A stretch of DNA of 64,000 nt from an uncultured Candidatus Peribacteria bacterium (GTDB taxonomy: Bacteria; Patescibacteriota; Gracilibacteria; UBA4473): the NCBI GenBank assembly GCA_964578905.1, contig CAZOER010000003.1, positions 1,375 through 65,374 on the forward strand. Reading direction: 5' to 3'. The notes beneath the pieces are model-generated. The model did no database searches and had not been told where the DNA came from. It saw only the letters and a program-made list of their open reading frames with translations. Positions 1-8,701 of the stretch are shown piece by piece. Positions within the stretch are counted from its first letter, which is position 1. Each line of letters starts with the position of its first letter. Both the position numbers and the translations under genes were made by a program.

Positions 1-445
1 AAGCAAAAAACAAAAGCAGTGCCAAAATTCTCGCAGGAGGGAAAAGAGTTTCTTTATTCGTAAAGAGAAACACTCCTGCACCAACCATTCCAAGAGGCAC
101 AATCCAAGCGCCGACTCCAAAAATAGTTTTAAAGAAGGAGAGGGTTGCGATAGAAAATTCAGTCTTTCCCCAGAAGAGAACCAAGAGAAGGACTGCTAAA
201 ACAATCCAGACTCCACCAAAGATTTCTCGCATCACAGAATCAGAGAGGAAAGAATCCCATTGTTCGGTTTGCACCTTTTGCTTGGCGACCTTTTTTGTGG
301 CTCGTACTTTCGCACGTTCACGCATCTCTCTGCGTTTTTCTTTTTTGTTTTCTGCTACCTTCATTTTTCGGGCCATTTTTTCAGCTTCTCGCCGAAGAAC
401 AGCAGCAGGAATTTTCACGCTCGGAGATTTTCGTCGTTTTACCAT
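1..445 (-). CDS. Partial gene (N-terminal part, runs off window start): basic N-terminus followed by TM helices, FtsK/SpoIIIE-like membrane region
   Basis: Own translation of minus strand from ATG at 445: MVKRRKSPSVKIPAAVLRREAEKMARK...REIFGGVWIVLAVLLLVLFWGK...FGVGAWIVPLGMVGAGVFLF. It stays open to position 1 and is absent from the ORF track because no stop lies in the window. Confidence 0.4.
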   Translation of the reverse strand, partial: MVKRRKSPSVKIPAAVLRREAEKMARKMKVAENKKEKRREMRERAKVRATKKVAKQKVQTEQWDSFLSDSVMREIFGGVWIVLAVLLLVLFWGKTEFSIATLSFFKTIFGVGAWIVPLGMVGAGVFLFTNKETLFPPARILALLLFFA

Positions 446-488
446 CGTTCGCAATTTTAGCCCAAAGAATGCTCACCCGCAAACTCCT

Positions 489-1535
489 TTAGACACGCAT
501 TGTTTTTAATTTCTCCAAAGCTCCACCGTTCGTATCGAGAAATTCTATTTCCCCGAAATCTGCAGGCGCCACCCAATCAATTTTTTGTCCTTCAAGAGGC
601 TTTGGTTCGCCCTTCTGAATCTGACACCGATGAAATCGAAGCAAGAGTTCAACCTTATTAAATGGCAAAATAATCTCATAAAAATGCGGACGGACGGAAA
701 CTTCAATATCGAGTTCTTCTTTTATTTCACGCTTCACACACGTTCGGAAACTTTCTCCTTTCTCTCGTTTTCCGCCAGGGAATTCCCATTTTCCAACAAA
801 ACTTTTTCCTTCTGGTCGTGTTTGGATCAAGTATTTTCCATCTCGATAAATACACGCAGCTCCAACTTCAATTCGAAATTTTTTCTTCTTCGAAACGCCT
901 CGCGCATTTCGTTCAGGAATAAAAAGATCTCTTGTGATTATTGGGAAAAAAACGTGAAGAGGGGCGTCAATATTCTCCCCACCTCGCAATGCTGTTGCCA
1001 AATCCATCATGGCATTATTCCAATCGCGCCCGCTCTTTGCATATGACACGAGTTCTTTTCCGACTGATTCAATATTTTCTCCTACCCACAGAACAGAAAT
1101 AATCTTCGAAAGATTTGTATCGATGGCAGGAATTTGTTCATCCCACGCAAATGCCAAGATAGCACGAGCGGTATATTCCCCGATTCCCGGCAATGATTCG
1201 AGTTTGTGTTTATCACGTGGAAGCTTGCCTCCAAAGTCCTTCACAATCTTCTGTGCGGCCTTCAGGACGTTCTTTCCACGAACATAATACCCAAGTCCTT
1301 TCCAGACAGGATATACATCTTCCCACGTTGCCTTGGCCAAATCTTCAACAGTAGGGAAAGCTTTCAAAAACGGTGCATAAAAATCTTTTTCCACCCGAGA
1401 AACCTGCGTTTGTTGAAGCATGATTTCAGAAATCCAAATTTCGTAGGGATCAGTTGTTTTTCTCCACGGTAAATCTCGTCGGTTCGCTTTGTACCAATCG
1501 AGAAGAGAGTGAGTAAATGTTTTTTTGTTTTTCAT
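489..1535 (-). CDS. mutY: MutY-like adenine DNA glycosylase (HhH-GPD) fused to a MutT-type Nudix domain; no Fe-S cluster cysteines
   Basis: LLDWYKANRRDLPWR, SEIMLQQTQV, LPGIGEYTARAILAFA and IPAIDTN motifs. C-terminal Nudix box GKWEFPGGKREKGESFRTCVKREIKEELDI. Start moved to MKNKK (ATG at 1535) from the ORF-track start 1577. Confidence 0.8.
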   Translation of the reverse strand: MKNKKTFTHSLLDWYKANRRDLPWRKTTDPYEIWISEIMLQQTQVSRVEKDFYAPFLKAFPTVEDLAKATWEDVYPVWKGLGYYVRGKNVLKAAQKIVKDFGGKLPRDKHKLESLPGIGEYTARAILAFAWDEQIPAIDTNLSKIISVLWVGENIESVGKELVSYAKSGRDWNNAMMDLATALRGGENIDAPLHVFFPIITRDLFIPERNARGVSKKKKFRIEVGAACIYRDGKYLIQTRPEGKSFVGKWEFPGGKREKGESFRTCVKREIKEELDIEVSVRPHFYEIILPFNKVELLLRFHRCQIQKGEPKPLEGQKIDWVAPADFGEIEFLDTNGGALEKLKTMRV

Positions 1536-1597
1536 TATCAGGGAATTAATTTGTACCCAAAAAGAGAGAAAGCGCAATAGCGTTTCCTTTCACAGGG

Positions 1598-2602
1598 TTA
1601 ATAAAGTCCCTTATCCTGAACCAGTACGAAGTACATAACGGTCCAAGCAGAGAAGGCAAGAATCAGACCAATTGCAGCAGCAATAAGTGTTTTCTTTGCA
1701 TTTTCAATGGCTTGTTCGTCGATACCAAAGTTTGCAATAAGACGAATTCCTCCCCACACAAGCATCATCACAGAAATCGTTCCAATGAGACCAAGGAAGA
1801 AATTTCCCCAATCGGTAATAAATTTAACAGTATCAGATATATTCGGAGTCGTAAGTATCATGACATCGCTTCCCATTCGAATTTCTTTCGAAAAGAATGA
1901 AATCAACGAGTTCGCAGAAACCAAGAGAATCATTCCCCCAATGGTATACACAATCCGTTTCTTTATATTTGAAACCTGAGATTCATCTTCTCCTCCTGCA
2001 ATAATCAACTTAAAGGCAGAAAAAATAATAAAAAGAACTCCGGTGGCAACGGCAAAACTCGAGATATATTTAAAGAGTCCTCGAATTTCTTTTACTCCTC
2101 GTTGGGCAAAATTCTCAACAGTTGAATCCGCTCCTCGGAAGACTTCCCCAGTTGTTCCAAAGAAAATATTATCTACCAACACAACGGCAGTCAGGAGAAT
2201 TAGCCACCCAAAAAATGTGGCATAGATCATCCGTTTTCGACGATCAAATTCTTCTTCCCCATCAGAAGAGAGAATAAGCGTTGCCCCCGCCCATACAATG
2301 AAGAGTACGGTAATTGGGACGAGAAGCTTTTTGATGTAACGAATTACATTGGAAACCATATCACTAAAATATTCAGCTCCCTTGTTTACGGAAGCAGGAA
2401 GATCTCTCTTATTTGGATCATTCGAAAGAGGGGAACCAAAGGTAGTGTAATCAATAAGATTGGCTTTTGGGCCGGATAACTGAATAGCATCTCCCATTGA
2501 GCCTTCTCCAAAAACATCTTTTGTTGTTTGTGCACACACGTTACTCATTCCCACAAAGAGGAGAGAGAGAGCGAAGAATCCAGTTAAAAATAATTTTCTC
2601 AT
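1598..2602 (-). CDS. Secreted polytopic membrane protein built from three TM-hairpin units (conjugative-pilin-like hairpins); paralog of the upstream gene
   Basis: Signal peptide MRKLFLTGFFALSLLFVGMSNVCAQ when started at ATG 2602. Three units of TM, short charged loop, TM, with loops SSDGEEEFDRRKRM, AGGEDESQVSNIKKR, NFGIDEQAIENAKKT. ATGA overlap with the upstream stop at 2599-2602. Confidence 0.6.
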   Translation of the reverse strand: MRKLFLTGFFALSLLFVGMSNVCAQTTKDVFGEGSMGDAIQLSGPKANLIDYTTFGSPLSNDPNKRDLPASVNKGAEYFSDMVSNVIRYIKKLLVPITVLFIVWAGATLILSSDGEEEFDRRKRMIYATFFGWLILLTAVVLVDNIFFGTTGEVFRGADSTVENFAQRGVKEIRGLFKYISSFAVATGVLFIIFSAFKLIIAGGEDESQVSNIKKRIVYTIGGMILLVSANSLISFFSKEIRMGSDVMILTTPNISDTVKFITDWGNFFLGLIGTISVMMLVWGGIRLIANFGIDEQAIENAKKTLIAAAIGLILAFSAWTVMYFVLVQDKGLY

Positions 2603-3552
2603 GCGCCGTTTCCAATAGTAAAGCGAACAATAGTAAATGCGGACACCGATACAATAGCACCAACGGCACAAGAAATCACAATTCGTTTCGCACGCCCCAT
2701 TTGATCAGAGTCTCCGAAACTCATCACATAGTAAACACTCGCAAGAATCATCATCGTTAAGGATGCAATACCAAGAAAGGAAAGTGCGAAATTGATAATT
2801 CCTACAATTTCATTAATCCCTGTTTCGGCACCCTTTGCAACATTTGTACCAATTGTTCCTAAATCAACACCGCTTTCACCCAAAACTTTCTTACTTCCAC
2901 TAAAGATTCGGGCAATAACTTCTGCCAAGAGAATAAGAATTGATCCAAAGAGAAAGGCCTGAAAGAATGTTTTTTCTTTCGAAATAGACTCATCTTCTTC
3001 ACTCCGAACAATAAGACTATATCCAGAAAGGAGCATCTTAATCAGGGCAATTCCTATAATAAGAATCTCAATAAAGAGTTTTATTTGGTTTATTTTGTCA
3101 TAAAAGGCATTTTCAAAGGCCTCATTTCTTAGGAGGCGAGCGGTTCCCGATGGATCAAGAAAATCAAAGGCTACAAACTCTGCCACCGAAATAATAACCA
3201 ATCCGAGAATGATATAACTAAACTGACTTTTGTATTTCGACATATGGTCTTCATCCCCCTGAGAGACCACAAACTTAAGCCCCAGTATAGACAAGAAGAG
3301 AATGGCAATGGCTCCTAAAACTACATTTATCCGAAAAATTAAGCCGGTATTTTGCAACATAGTAGCCAAAGAGGAAGTTGTTTGAGCTTCCTTATCTTTG
3401 ACAAAACTATAAACAGCATTTTCAGTTGTCATAACCGTGTCGTAGTTCTCTACTCCTTCAAGCGGTAATCGATTTGTATTCGCCGCAGAAGCAGCATTTA
3501 TACCTGTTGCTAAGAAAAGTCCGCAGAGAATCGATAGAAATAGCTTTTTCAT
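2599..3552 (-). CDS. Secreted polytopic membrane protein built from three TM-hairpin units; paralog of 1598..2602
   Basis: Signal peptide MKKLFLSILCGLFLATGINAASA (ATG at 3552). Loops SQGDEDHMSKYKSQ, RSEEDESISKEKTF, SFGDSDQMGRAKRI, each flanked by hydrophobic helices. Confidence 0.6.
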   Translation of the reverse strand: MKKLFLSILCGLFLATGINAASAANTNRLPLEGVENYDTVMTTENAVYSFVKDKEAQTTSSLATMLQNTGLIFRINVVLGAIAILFLSILGLKFVVSQGDEDHMSKYKSQFSYIILGLVIISVAEFVAFDFLDPSGTARLLRNEAFENAFYDKINQIKLFIEILIIGIALIKMLLSGYSLIVRSEEDESISKEKTFFQAFLFGSILILLAEVIARIFSGSKKVLGESGVDLGTIGTNVAKGAETGINEIVGIINFALSFLGIASLTMMILASVYYVMSFGDSDQMGRAKRIVISCAVGAIVSVSAFTIVRFTIGNGA

Positions 3553-3652
3553 TCCTTGTATTGTACCAGAAAAAGCGGTTTTTCTCAAATCCTTTTGACA
3601 AAAAACTCTTGATTTATAGAATCTTCGCGCTTATTGTTCTTTTCGTTAACAC

Positions 3653-3886
3653 ATGATTGCTTGGCTTTTGATTCCCTCTGGCATATTAATGATCATTTAT
3701 TCTGACCGCGTGGTTAATTTCACCGGTGAAATTTCGTTTGCTGAAAAATGGTTCGGCGGAGGAGGAACATATACATTCATTAAGCTACTTGGATTGGCTA
3801 TTACGATACTTTCGTTCATGTGGATTGCAGGCGGATTGGGGGATTTCTTCAATGCTACCGTCGGAAAATTTATTCCTGGTTTGTAA
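3653..3886 (+). CDS. Small membrane protein, unknown function
   Basis: 77-aa ORF with two hydrophobic segments (WLLIPSGILMIIY, LLGLAITILSFMWIAGGL). Divergent from the pilin-like pair. Confidence 0.4.
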   Translation: MIAWLLIPSGILMIIYSDRVVNFTGEISFAEKWFGGGGTYTFIKLLGLAITILSFMWIAGGLGDFFNATVGKFIPGL

Positions 3887-3892
3887 AAACAC

Positions 3893-3969
3893 GGGGCTAT
3901 AGCTCAATTGGCTAGAGCACCTGCTTTGCAAGCAGGGGGTTCAGGGTTCGAGTCCCTGTAGCTCCACCA
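3893..3969 (+). tRNA. tRNA-Ala (anticodon UGC), CCA encoded
   Basis: GGGGCTA acceptor, GCTC/GAGC D-stem, anticodon loop TTTGCAA, T-arm CAGGG-TTCGAGT-CCCTG, 3' TAGCTCC-A-CCA. Confidence 0.9.
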
Positions 3970-3993
3970 TTATAAACAAGGAAAATAAGCGCC

Positions 3994-4068
3994 GGGTTGG
4001 TAGCTCAGTGGTAGAGCAGAAGCCTTTTAAGCTTTTGGCCGTGGGTTCGAGCCCCACCCAACCCACCA
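3994..4068 (+). tRNA. tRNA-Lys (anticodon UUU), CCA encoded
   Basis: GGGTTGG acceptor, GCTC/GAGC D-stem, anticodon loop CTTTTAA, T-arm GTGGG-TTCGAGC-CCCAC, 3' CCAACCC-A-CCA. Confidence 0.9.
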
Positions 4069-4075
4069 AAAAAAG

Positions 4076-4109
4076 ACGACAGTCCCTTGCGGGCTGGCGT
4101 ATTTTTTTT
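4076..4109 (+). terminator. Putative intrinsic terminator after tRNA-Lys
   Basis: Imperfect hairpin ACGACAGTCCC-TTGC-GGGCTGGCGT followed by a T8 run. Confidence 0.5.
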
Positions 4110-4206
4110 AATGGGGCGAGAACCCATAAGGTTCGTTGATTTGTACCGAGCGTCAGCGAGGATACAAAGCCCTCTACCGACCCTGCGAAGCAGGGGAAGG
4201 GACGAG

Positions 4207-4225
4207 GCCCCACCCAACCCACCAA
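4207..4225 (+). repeat. Direct repeat of the tRNA-Lys 3' end (copy of 4051..4069)
   Basis: GCCCCACCCAACCCACCAA occurs at 4051-4069 inside the tRNA and again at 4207-4225. Confidence 0.85.
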
Positions 4226-4237
4226 TTTATCTTTTCA

Positions 4238-4272
4238 GGATCCGGACCCTAAAGGTCGCTGGGTCCGGATCC
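4238..4272. repeat. Perfect 12-bp GC-rich inverted repeat (hairpin)
   Basis: GGATCCGGACCC-taaaggtcgct-GGGTCCGGATCC. Confidence 0.85.
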
Positions 4273-4409
4273 AAGTTTTAATATTTCCTTCACATTTGTG
4301 TGAGGGAGGCTTTTTATAGATTTAAAAACATTAAAAGTTGCGACGAGTTGGTCTCCTTGCCCATTTAATGGGGAATCATAAGTATGAGAATGGTTTCTTG
4401 ACCCCATAG

Positions 4410-7400
4410 ATGAGACTTTCTCGGAAAGATAAAAAATTCCTCACGCTTCTTGTTGTCACGTGTTTACTCGTGATGGCAGAATATTCTGTTTATGCATTCG
4501 ATCCCGTTCTTCCACAGGAGCGATTAAACGACATAGTACAAATTGGAACTATTACGCCTACACAATTCGAGGAACTTGATGAAGCGACAATACAAATAAT
4601 TCTTGAAAGAAGAGATGTTCAATCATTATTGCGAAATCATTTTGAACTCTTAGGACTTTACGGAGAAACATCGGCGGGACTTATTTTGAAAAAACCAGAA
4701 GACTGGAGTCGATTGAGCGAAGAATTAGCATTAAGCGGAACCACGTTTCAGAAGGTGTACGATGTTTGGTATCGAGAGAAAATTCAAAACCAACCAGAAC
4801 TTCTAACAGGTGATACAGAGCAAATGGAAGCATTTTTTGAAAAACATTTTTCTTCCACAGAAGAAAATATGTTGGCAGATGGACGAGTGATAGGGACGGA
4901 CGTAAATTGGGCAACCTTTGCCTACGAACAAGGTTTGCCGATTGCAGCGGGAATTCTTCTCATAATGTATCAAGCGTGGTGGCGAAAAAGAAAAGAGGAA
5001 GAATCGACAGAAGATTGGGGCGGATTAAAGACTATATATTCAGAAATTTTTGAAAAAGATAATAAAGATTTCGGGCATTTCTATTCAGCGGCTACAAGTG
5101 ACAATCGTATTTTTAGTTTTTCGGATTGGTATCCGAGGCTTTGGGAATTTTTAAGAATAGAAAAAACTAAATTTGAAGATGAGACGACTTTTAAGAGTAA
5201 AGCACAGGAACTGGTTTCTCTGGTTCAGAGCTATGTCTCTTCTCGTCAAGCGAAACAAAAAGCAGAATTCGAAGCGACGTTTCAGAGTGTATTAGCAGAG
5301 CTTTCAAAAGAAGAAATTCAAGCGTTATCACAGGGAAAATTTAACATAGAACACCTTCCCGAGTTTCTAGAAAAAGAAATTATTGAGGTAGTGATGACTG
5401 AGGAAACGGTTCGACTGGAAGACGGATGGACACAGTTTTCAGAAAACCTTCTCACAGAAAAAGGATTAACAGATTTCTTCGACGAACAATTGCTGATTAT
5501 TGAAGACAGACTTCTCAATCATCCAGAAAAAGTGCAGGAAATTTTAGCGATGGTGCAAGAAAATTGGGAAGTGAAGTTCAAGGCAGAGCGCCAAGTTGAA
5601 ATAGAAAATATCACGGCCCAAGCCGATGCTCTCTATAACGACCTCGTCCGATATGCGGTTTATAATTACCAATATGAGAATGTCGCAAAAGCACGGAATG
5701 ATTTTTACTTAGAAAAAGTAAAAGAACTTGATCAAATTCTTGCCCCTCAAAAAGAAGTACTGACGACGGTTTTCGCAAAATACACAGACTCTTTTGAAGA
5801 GAAAAAAGAAGTGATTGATGAAACGGTTCGCCAAATTACATATCGCCAAGAACTTGTTGAAGACATTGATTACATAACGTCTGTCAGCGAACTCTTTCCT
5901 TATGAAAAAGAACCAACCCCGCCCTCACCCGAGACGGTAGAGACGGTAACCCAAGAATTCTACGAACGCTATAAGCCCGTATTTGAAAAAGAAGAAGAAA
6001 TAAATTACCTCAATGCGACTCTCGTCGCAGCAAAGATTACCTATGATGTCACCATTGGAGCACAGAAAGAAGAATGTGACGCATTGATTGAATCGATTAA
6101 GACGAAAATTGTAAACGTAGGAAATGAAATAGTGGAATTGGAAAAGAAAATGGACCCTACGAAAAACACAGTCATTGCGCATGCGGAAGTTTATTCAGAA
6201 GAAATTGATCGTGTTTTTGATAAACAATTGTATGAACTTTCAGAAGCGCATGAAAAAATGAAAGCAGATATTATTGCATCATGGACTCCTTCTTTAAGTG
6301 ACCCAGATTATTGGACGCGTGTCAGGGCACAAGACAACATGGACGGATCCATTGCGTATTATCAAAAGAAATACGACGAAACGCGCAAGCAAATAAAATC
6401 GTACCGAACGGGAAGTGCCTTTCGGAAAATAGCCTGTATCAAGCAAGTAAGGGAACAAGATAGAAATGATTTCAATGAAAAACAAAAACAAGCACGGACG
6501 AATTATTTAGAAAAAAGAAAAGAAAATCCCGCAAAGAAAAGAGCGATTCAATATTTAATGGGACTCGAAGATTCAAAACCAATCAGTAAGTTTTTTGAAG
6601 TACAACAAGCGACGGTCCTCAATTCCGATACGATTCAAGGTGAGATTCTCTCCTTGCGGGAACAACTCGACCAACCCTCTCCATACACAGCAGAAATACA
6701 AGAAATAGAAGAACAAATGGCGACGTCACTGGCTTACAGTTTTGAGGAATATCTCACTCGGAATGGTATTACGAATACGAGTTGGGTCGTAAAAGATGAT
6801 TGGTTGAGAAGCAAGGAAAACATTGGTCGACACGGTGATTATTGGGGACAAAAATATGCGGCGTATGCAAACTATATCGTGCGAGATTTCGTTGGTTATG
6901 ACGAAGGAATTGTAAACACCCTTCGTGATGCAGCTATGAAGGCGCACCAAGAAGCAATAGATGCCTATGATGGATGGCAGCAGTTTTTTAAACAACACCC
7001 ACTTCTTCACGAAGAGAATATGAACGTTCTTGGGGCACGACTCGGCAGTCTTCAAAGAGAAGATGCGGAATATAAAGAAGTTATTGCAGAGCAAATTGCA
7101 ACCCTTGAGAAAGAGGTCCAAGTACAAACGTCTTCCTCATTCACTTCTGCACAGTGGCTTAATAAAACAGTAGAAGAGCGACAAAAAGACACGCTCACAA
7201 ATGTAATCGTTGAGACAGAAATAAAAGCTTCTCTTGGCGAGGATATCACCGCCGTCGATCCGACAGAACTCATAACACACTTTTCAAATGTGCGAGAAAG
7301 TCAGCTCATTATTCAGCAGAACAATTTAGAGGCAAGTGTTCGTACCGCAAAGAATCCACTCGCTTTTGATGAATCTGTTATGGTTGCCCCGATTGTAGCA

Positions 7401-8699
7401 CGCATGTATTTCGCAGAAACGCCAGAAGGAATCGCCCAAAAGTCAGCGTATTTCGATGGCATCACAGCGGGAGTTTCTGATGGAAGCTTAAGCATGAAGG
7501 ATCCTGTTACCTATATCCGAAATGACAACGGAACCTACACTGCGGTTTATCGTGACACAGGGGCTGTGGTGGGGACAGAATACGCGGGGATTACTCAGAC
7601 GACAATTCGTACCGATAGCAATGGAGTGGCGATTACAGCTCAACCTGCGACAGTTCTTGATCAAGTGAAAGTGTCTCTTGCGAGCAAACAAGTGGAGGTA
7701 GTTTCATCTGCTCCAGAAGTTATTCCTGTGGTGGCGACGGTGGAAGAAATTGCAGAGACCCCAGAGATCATTGCCGAGGCCGAGGCGATTGTAGAAAGGA
7801 AAAGAGAAGAGGTTCTGAATATTGAGAAAATACAAGAATTGGAAAAAGCGACGATTCTGAATTATGAAGAAATTTTTGCAGTTGATTCTGCATTAGAGTT
7901 TGGGTTCGGACTTTTTGATGGAGTGAAGAGTGAGGTAAAGGATTTATTAAGTCTTCTTAATCCAATGACATGGATCGCTATCGGACAAATAGCACTTGCT
8001 TTCAAGCAGGCTAAAAATCAACTTCTCTGGGCACTTTTTACGGATCCAATAAATCTTTTTAATCATTTGAAAGAAACACTTCCAGAAGGAATTCTTGTCG
8101 CGAACAATGCTATAAATGAAATGATTGAAAGTGCGAAAGAAAGAATTGCGAATGCAGATGATCGAGAAAAAGGTGCTGTTCTTGCGATTCTATTACTCAA
8201 CCTTCTGCCCATAGAAAAGATTGGAAAAGCGGGGAAACTTACAAAATGGGCAGACGATATTGTTTTGGCAATAAGAAATTTCACCCCAAGTCCGAAACTT
8301 GTTGGAGTAAACGTTGGGGGTGGAACAACAATGATTGATGATTTAATTGGGGGTGCTCAAAAGTATGCCGATGATATGGGGAGAGCAGGAGGGAAGATGA
8401 TTGATTACAGGAAGGTAGATGATGTTATTGAGGAGACATTAAGGTTGGAACCAGGACAAATGAGTACGAGTCAGCATTGGCTAAATACAGATGAAGTTTT
8501 GGAAGCTACGGAAAATTTTTTAGGGAAAGAATATGTAAAAAGTGGACCTCATGGATACCGAAGTGCAGATGGGTTAAGACGATTTCGAATGGATCCAGAA
8601 TCTTTTGTTGGAGATAATCCACATGTTCATTTCGAGTTATTTGATTCCCCAAATGCAACGAGTTCTTCTATAATCAATCATGTAAAATTTATTCCATAA
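4410..8699 (+). CDS. Giant (1429 aa) membrane-anchored E/K-rich coiled-coil protein with a distinct small C-terminal Arg/His module; function unknown (toxin-like architecture is a hypothesis)
   Basis: N-terminal MRLSRKDKKFLTLLVVTCLLVMAEYSVYAF. Second hydrophobic segment GLPIAAGILLIMYQAWW followed by RKRKEEE. Long heptad-like E/K-rich body. C-terminal GLRRFRMDPESFVGDNPHVHFELFD. Confidence 0.75.
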   Translation: MRLSRKDKKFLTLLVVTCLLVMAEYSVYAFDPVLPQERLNDIVQIGTITPTQFEELDEATIQIILERRDVQSLLRNHFELLGLYGETSAGLILKKPEDWSRLSEELALSGTTFQKVYDVWYREKIQNQPELLTGDTEQMEAFFEKHFSSTEENMLADGRVIGTDVNWATFAYEQGLPIAAGILLIMYQAWWRKRKEEESTEDWGGLKTIYSEIFEKDNKDFGHFYSAATSDNRIFSFSDWYPRLWEFLRIEKTKFEDETTFKSKAQELVSLVQSYVSSRQAKQKAEFEATFQSVLAELSKEEIQALSQGKFNIEHLPEFLEKEIIEVVMTEETVRLEDGWTQFSENLLTEKGLTDFFDEQLLIIEDRLLNHPEKVQEILAMVQENWEVKFKAERQVEIENITAQADALYNDLVRYAVYNYQYENVAKARNDFYLEKVKELDQILAPQKEVLTTVFAKYTDSFEEKKEVIDETVRQITYRQELVEDIDYITSVSELFPYEKEPTPPSPETVETVTQEFYERYKPVFEKEEEINYLNATLVAAKITYDVTIGAQKEECDALIESIKTKIVNVGNEIVELEKKMDPTKNTVIAHAEVYSEEIDRVFDKQLYELSEAHEKMKADIIASWTPSLSDPDYWTRVRAQDNMDGSIAYYQKKYDETRKQIKSYRTGSAFRKIACIKQVREQDRNDFNEKQKQARTNYLEKRKENPAKKRAIQYLMGLEDSKPISKFFEVQQATVLNSDTIQGEILSLREQLDQPSPYTAEIQEIEEQMATSLAYSFEEYLTRNGITNTSWVVKDDWLRSKENIGRHGDYWGQKYAAYANYIVRDFVGYDEGIVNTLRDAAMKAHQEAIDAYDGWQQFFKQHPLLHEENMNVLGARLGSLQREDAEYKEVIAEQIATLEKEVQVQTSSSFTSAQWLNKTVEERQKDTLTNVIVETEIKASLGEDITAVDPTELITHFSNVRESQLIIQQNNLEASVRTAKNPLAFDESVMVAPIVARMYFAETPEGIAQKSAYFDGITAGVSDGSLSMKDPVTYIRNDNGTYTAVYRDTGAVVGTEYAGITQTTIRTDSNGVAITAQPATVLDQVKVSLASKQVEVVSSAPEVIPVVATVEEIAETPEIIAEAEAIVERKREEVLNIEKIQELEKATILNYEEIFAVDSALEFGFGLFDGVKSEVKDLLSLLNPMTWIAIGQIALAFKQAKNQLLWALFTDPINLFNHLKETLPEGILVANNAINEMIESAKERIANADDREKGAVLAILLLNLLPIEKIGKAGKLTKWADDIVLAIRNFTPSPKLVGVNVGGGTTMIDDLIGGAQKYADDMGRAGGKMIDYRKVDDVIEETLRLEPGQMSTSQHWLNTDEVLEATENFLGKEYVKSGPHGYRSADGLRRFRMDPESFVGDNPHVHFELFDSPNATSSSIINHVKFIP

Positions 8700-8701
8700 T
8701 C

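Noticed and set aside
4100-4225. Possible tmRNA or intron-containing tRNA in the GC-rich segment after tRNA-Lys
   Set aside because: There is no 5' strand able to pair with the CCAACCC acceptor copy, no T-loop (GTTCRA) before the repeat, and no tag-peptide reading frame. It is kept only as an att-like duplication.
3941-4281. ORF-track entries 3941..4225(-), 4005..4217(-), 4087..4281(+)
   Set aside because: They run across two well-formed tRNA genes and the GC-rich repeat and hairpin region. They are Pro/Gly/Arg-rich translations of structured RNA/DNA, not genes.
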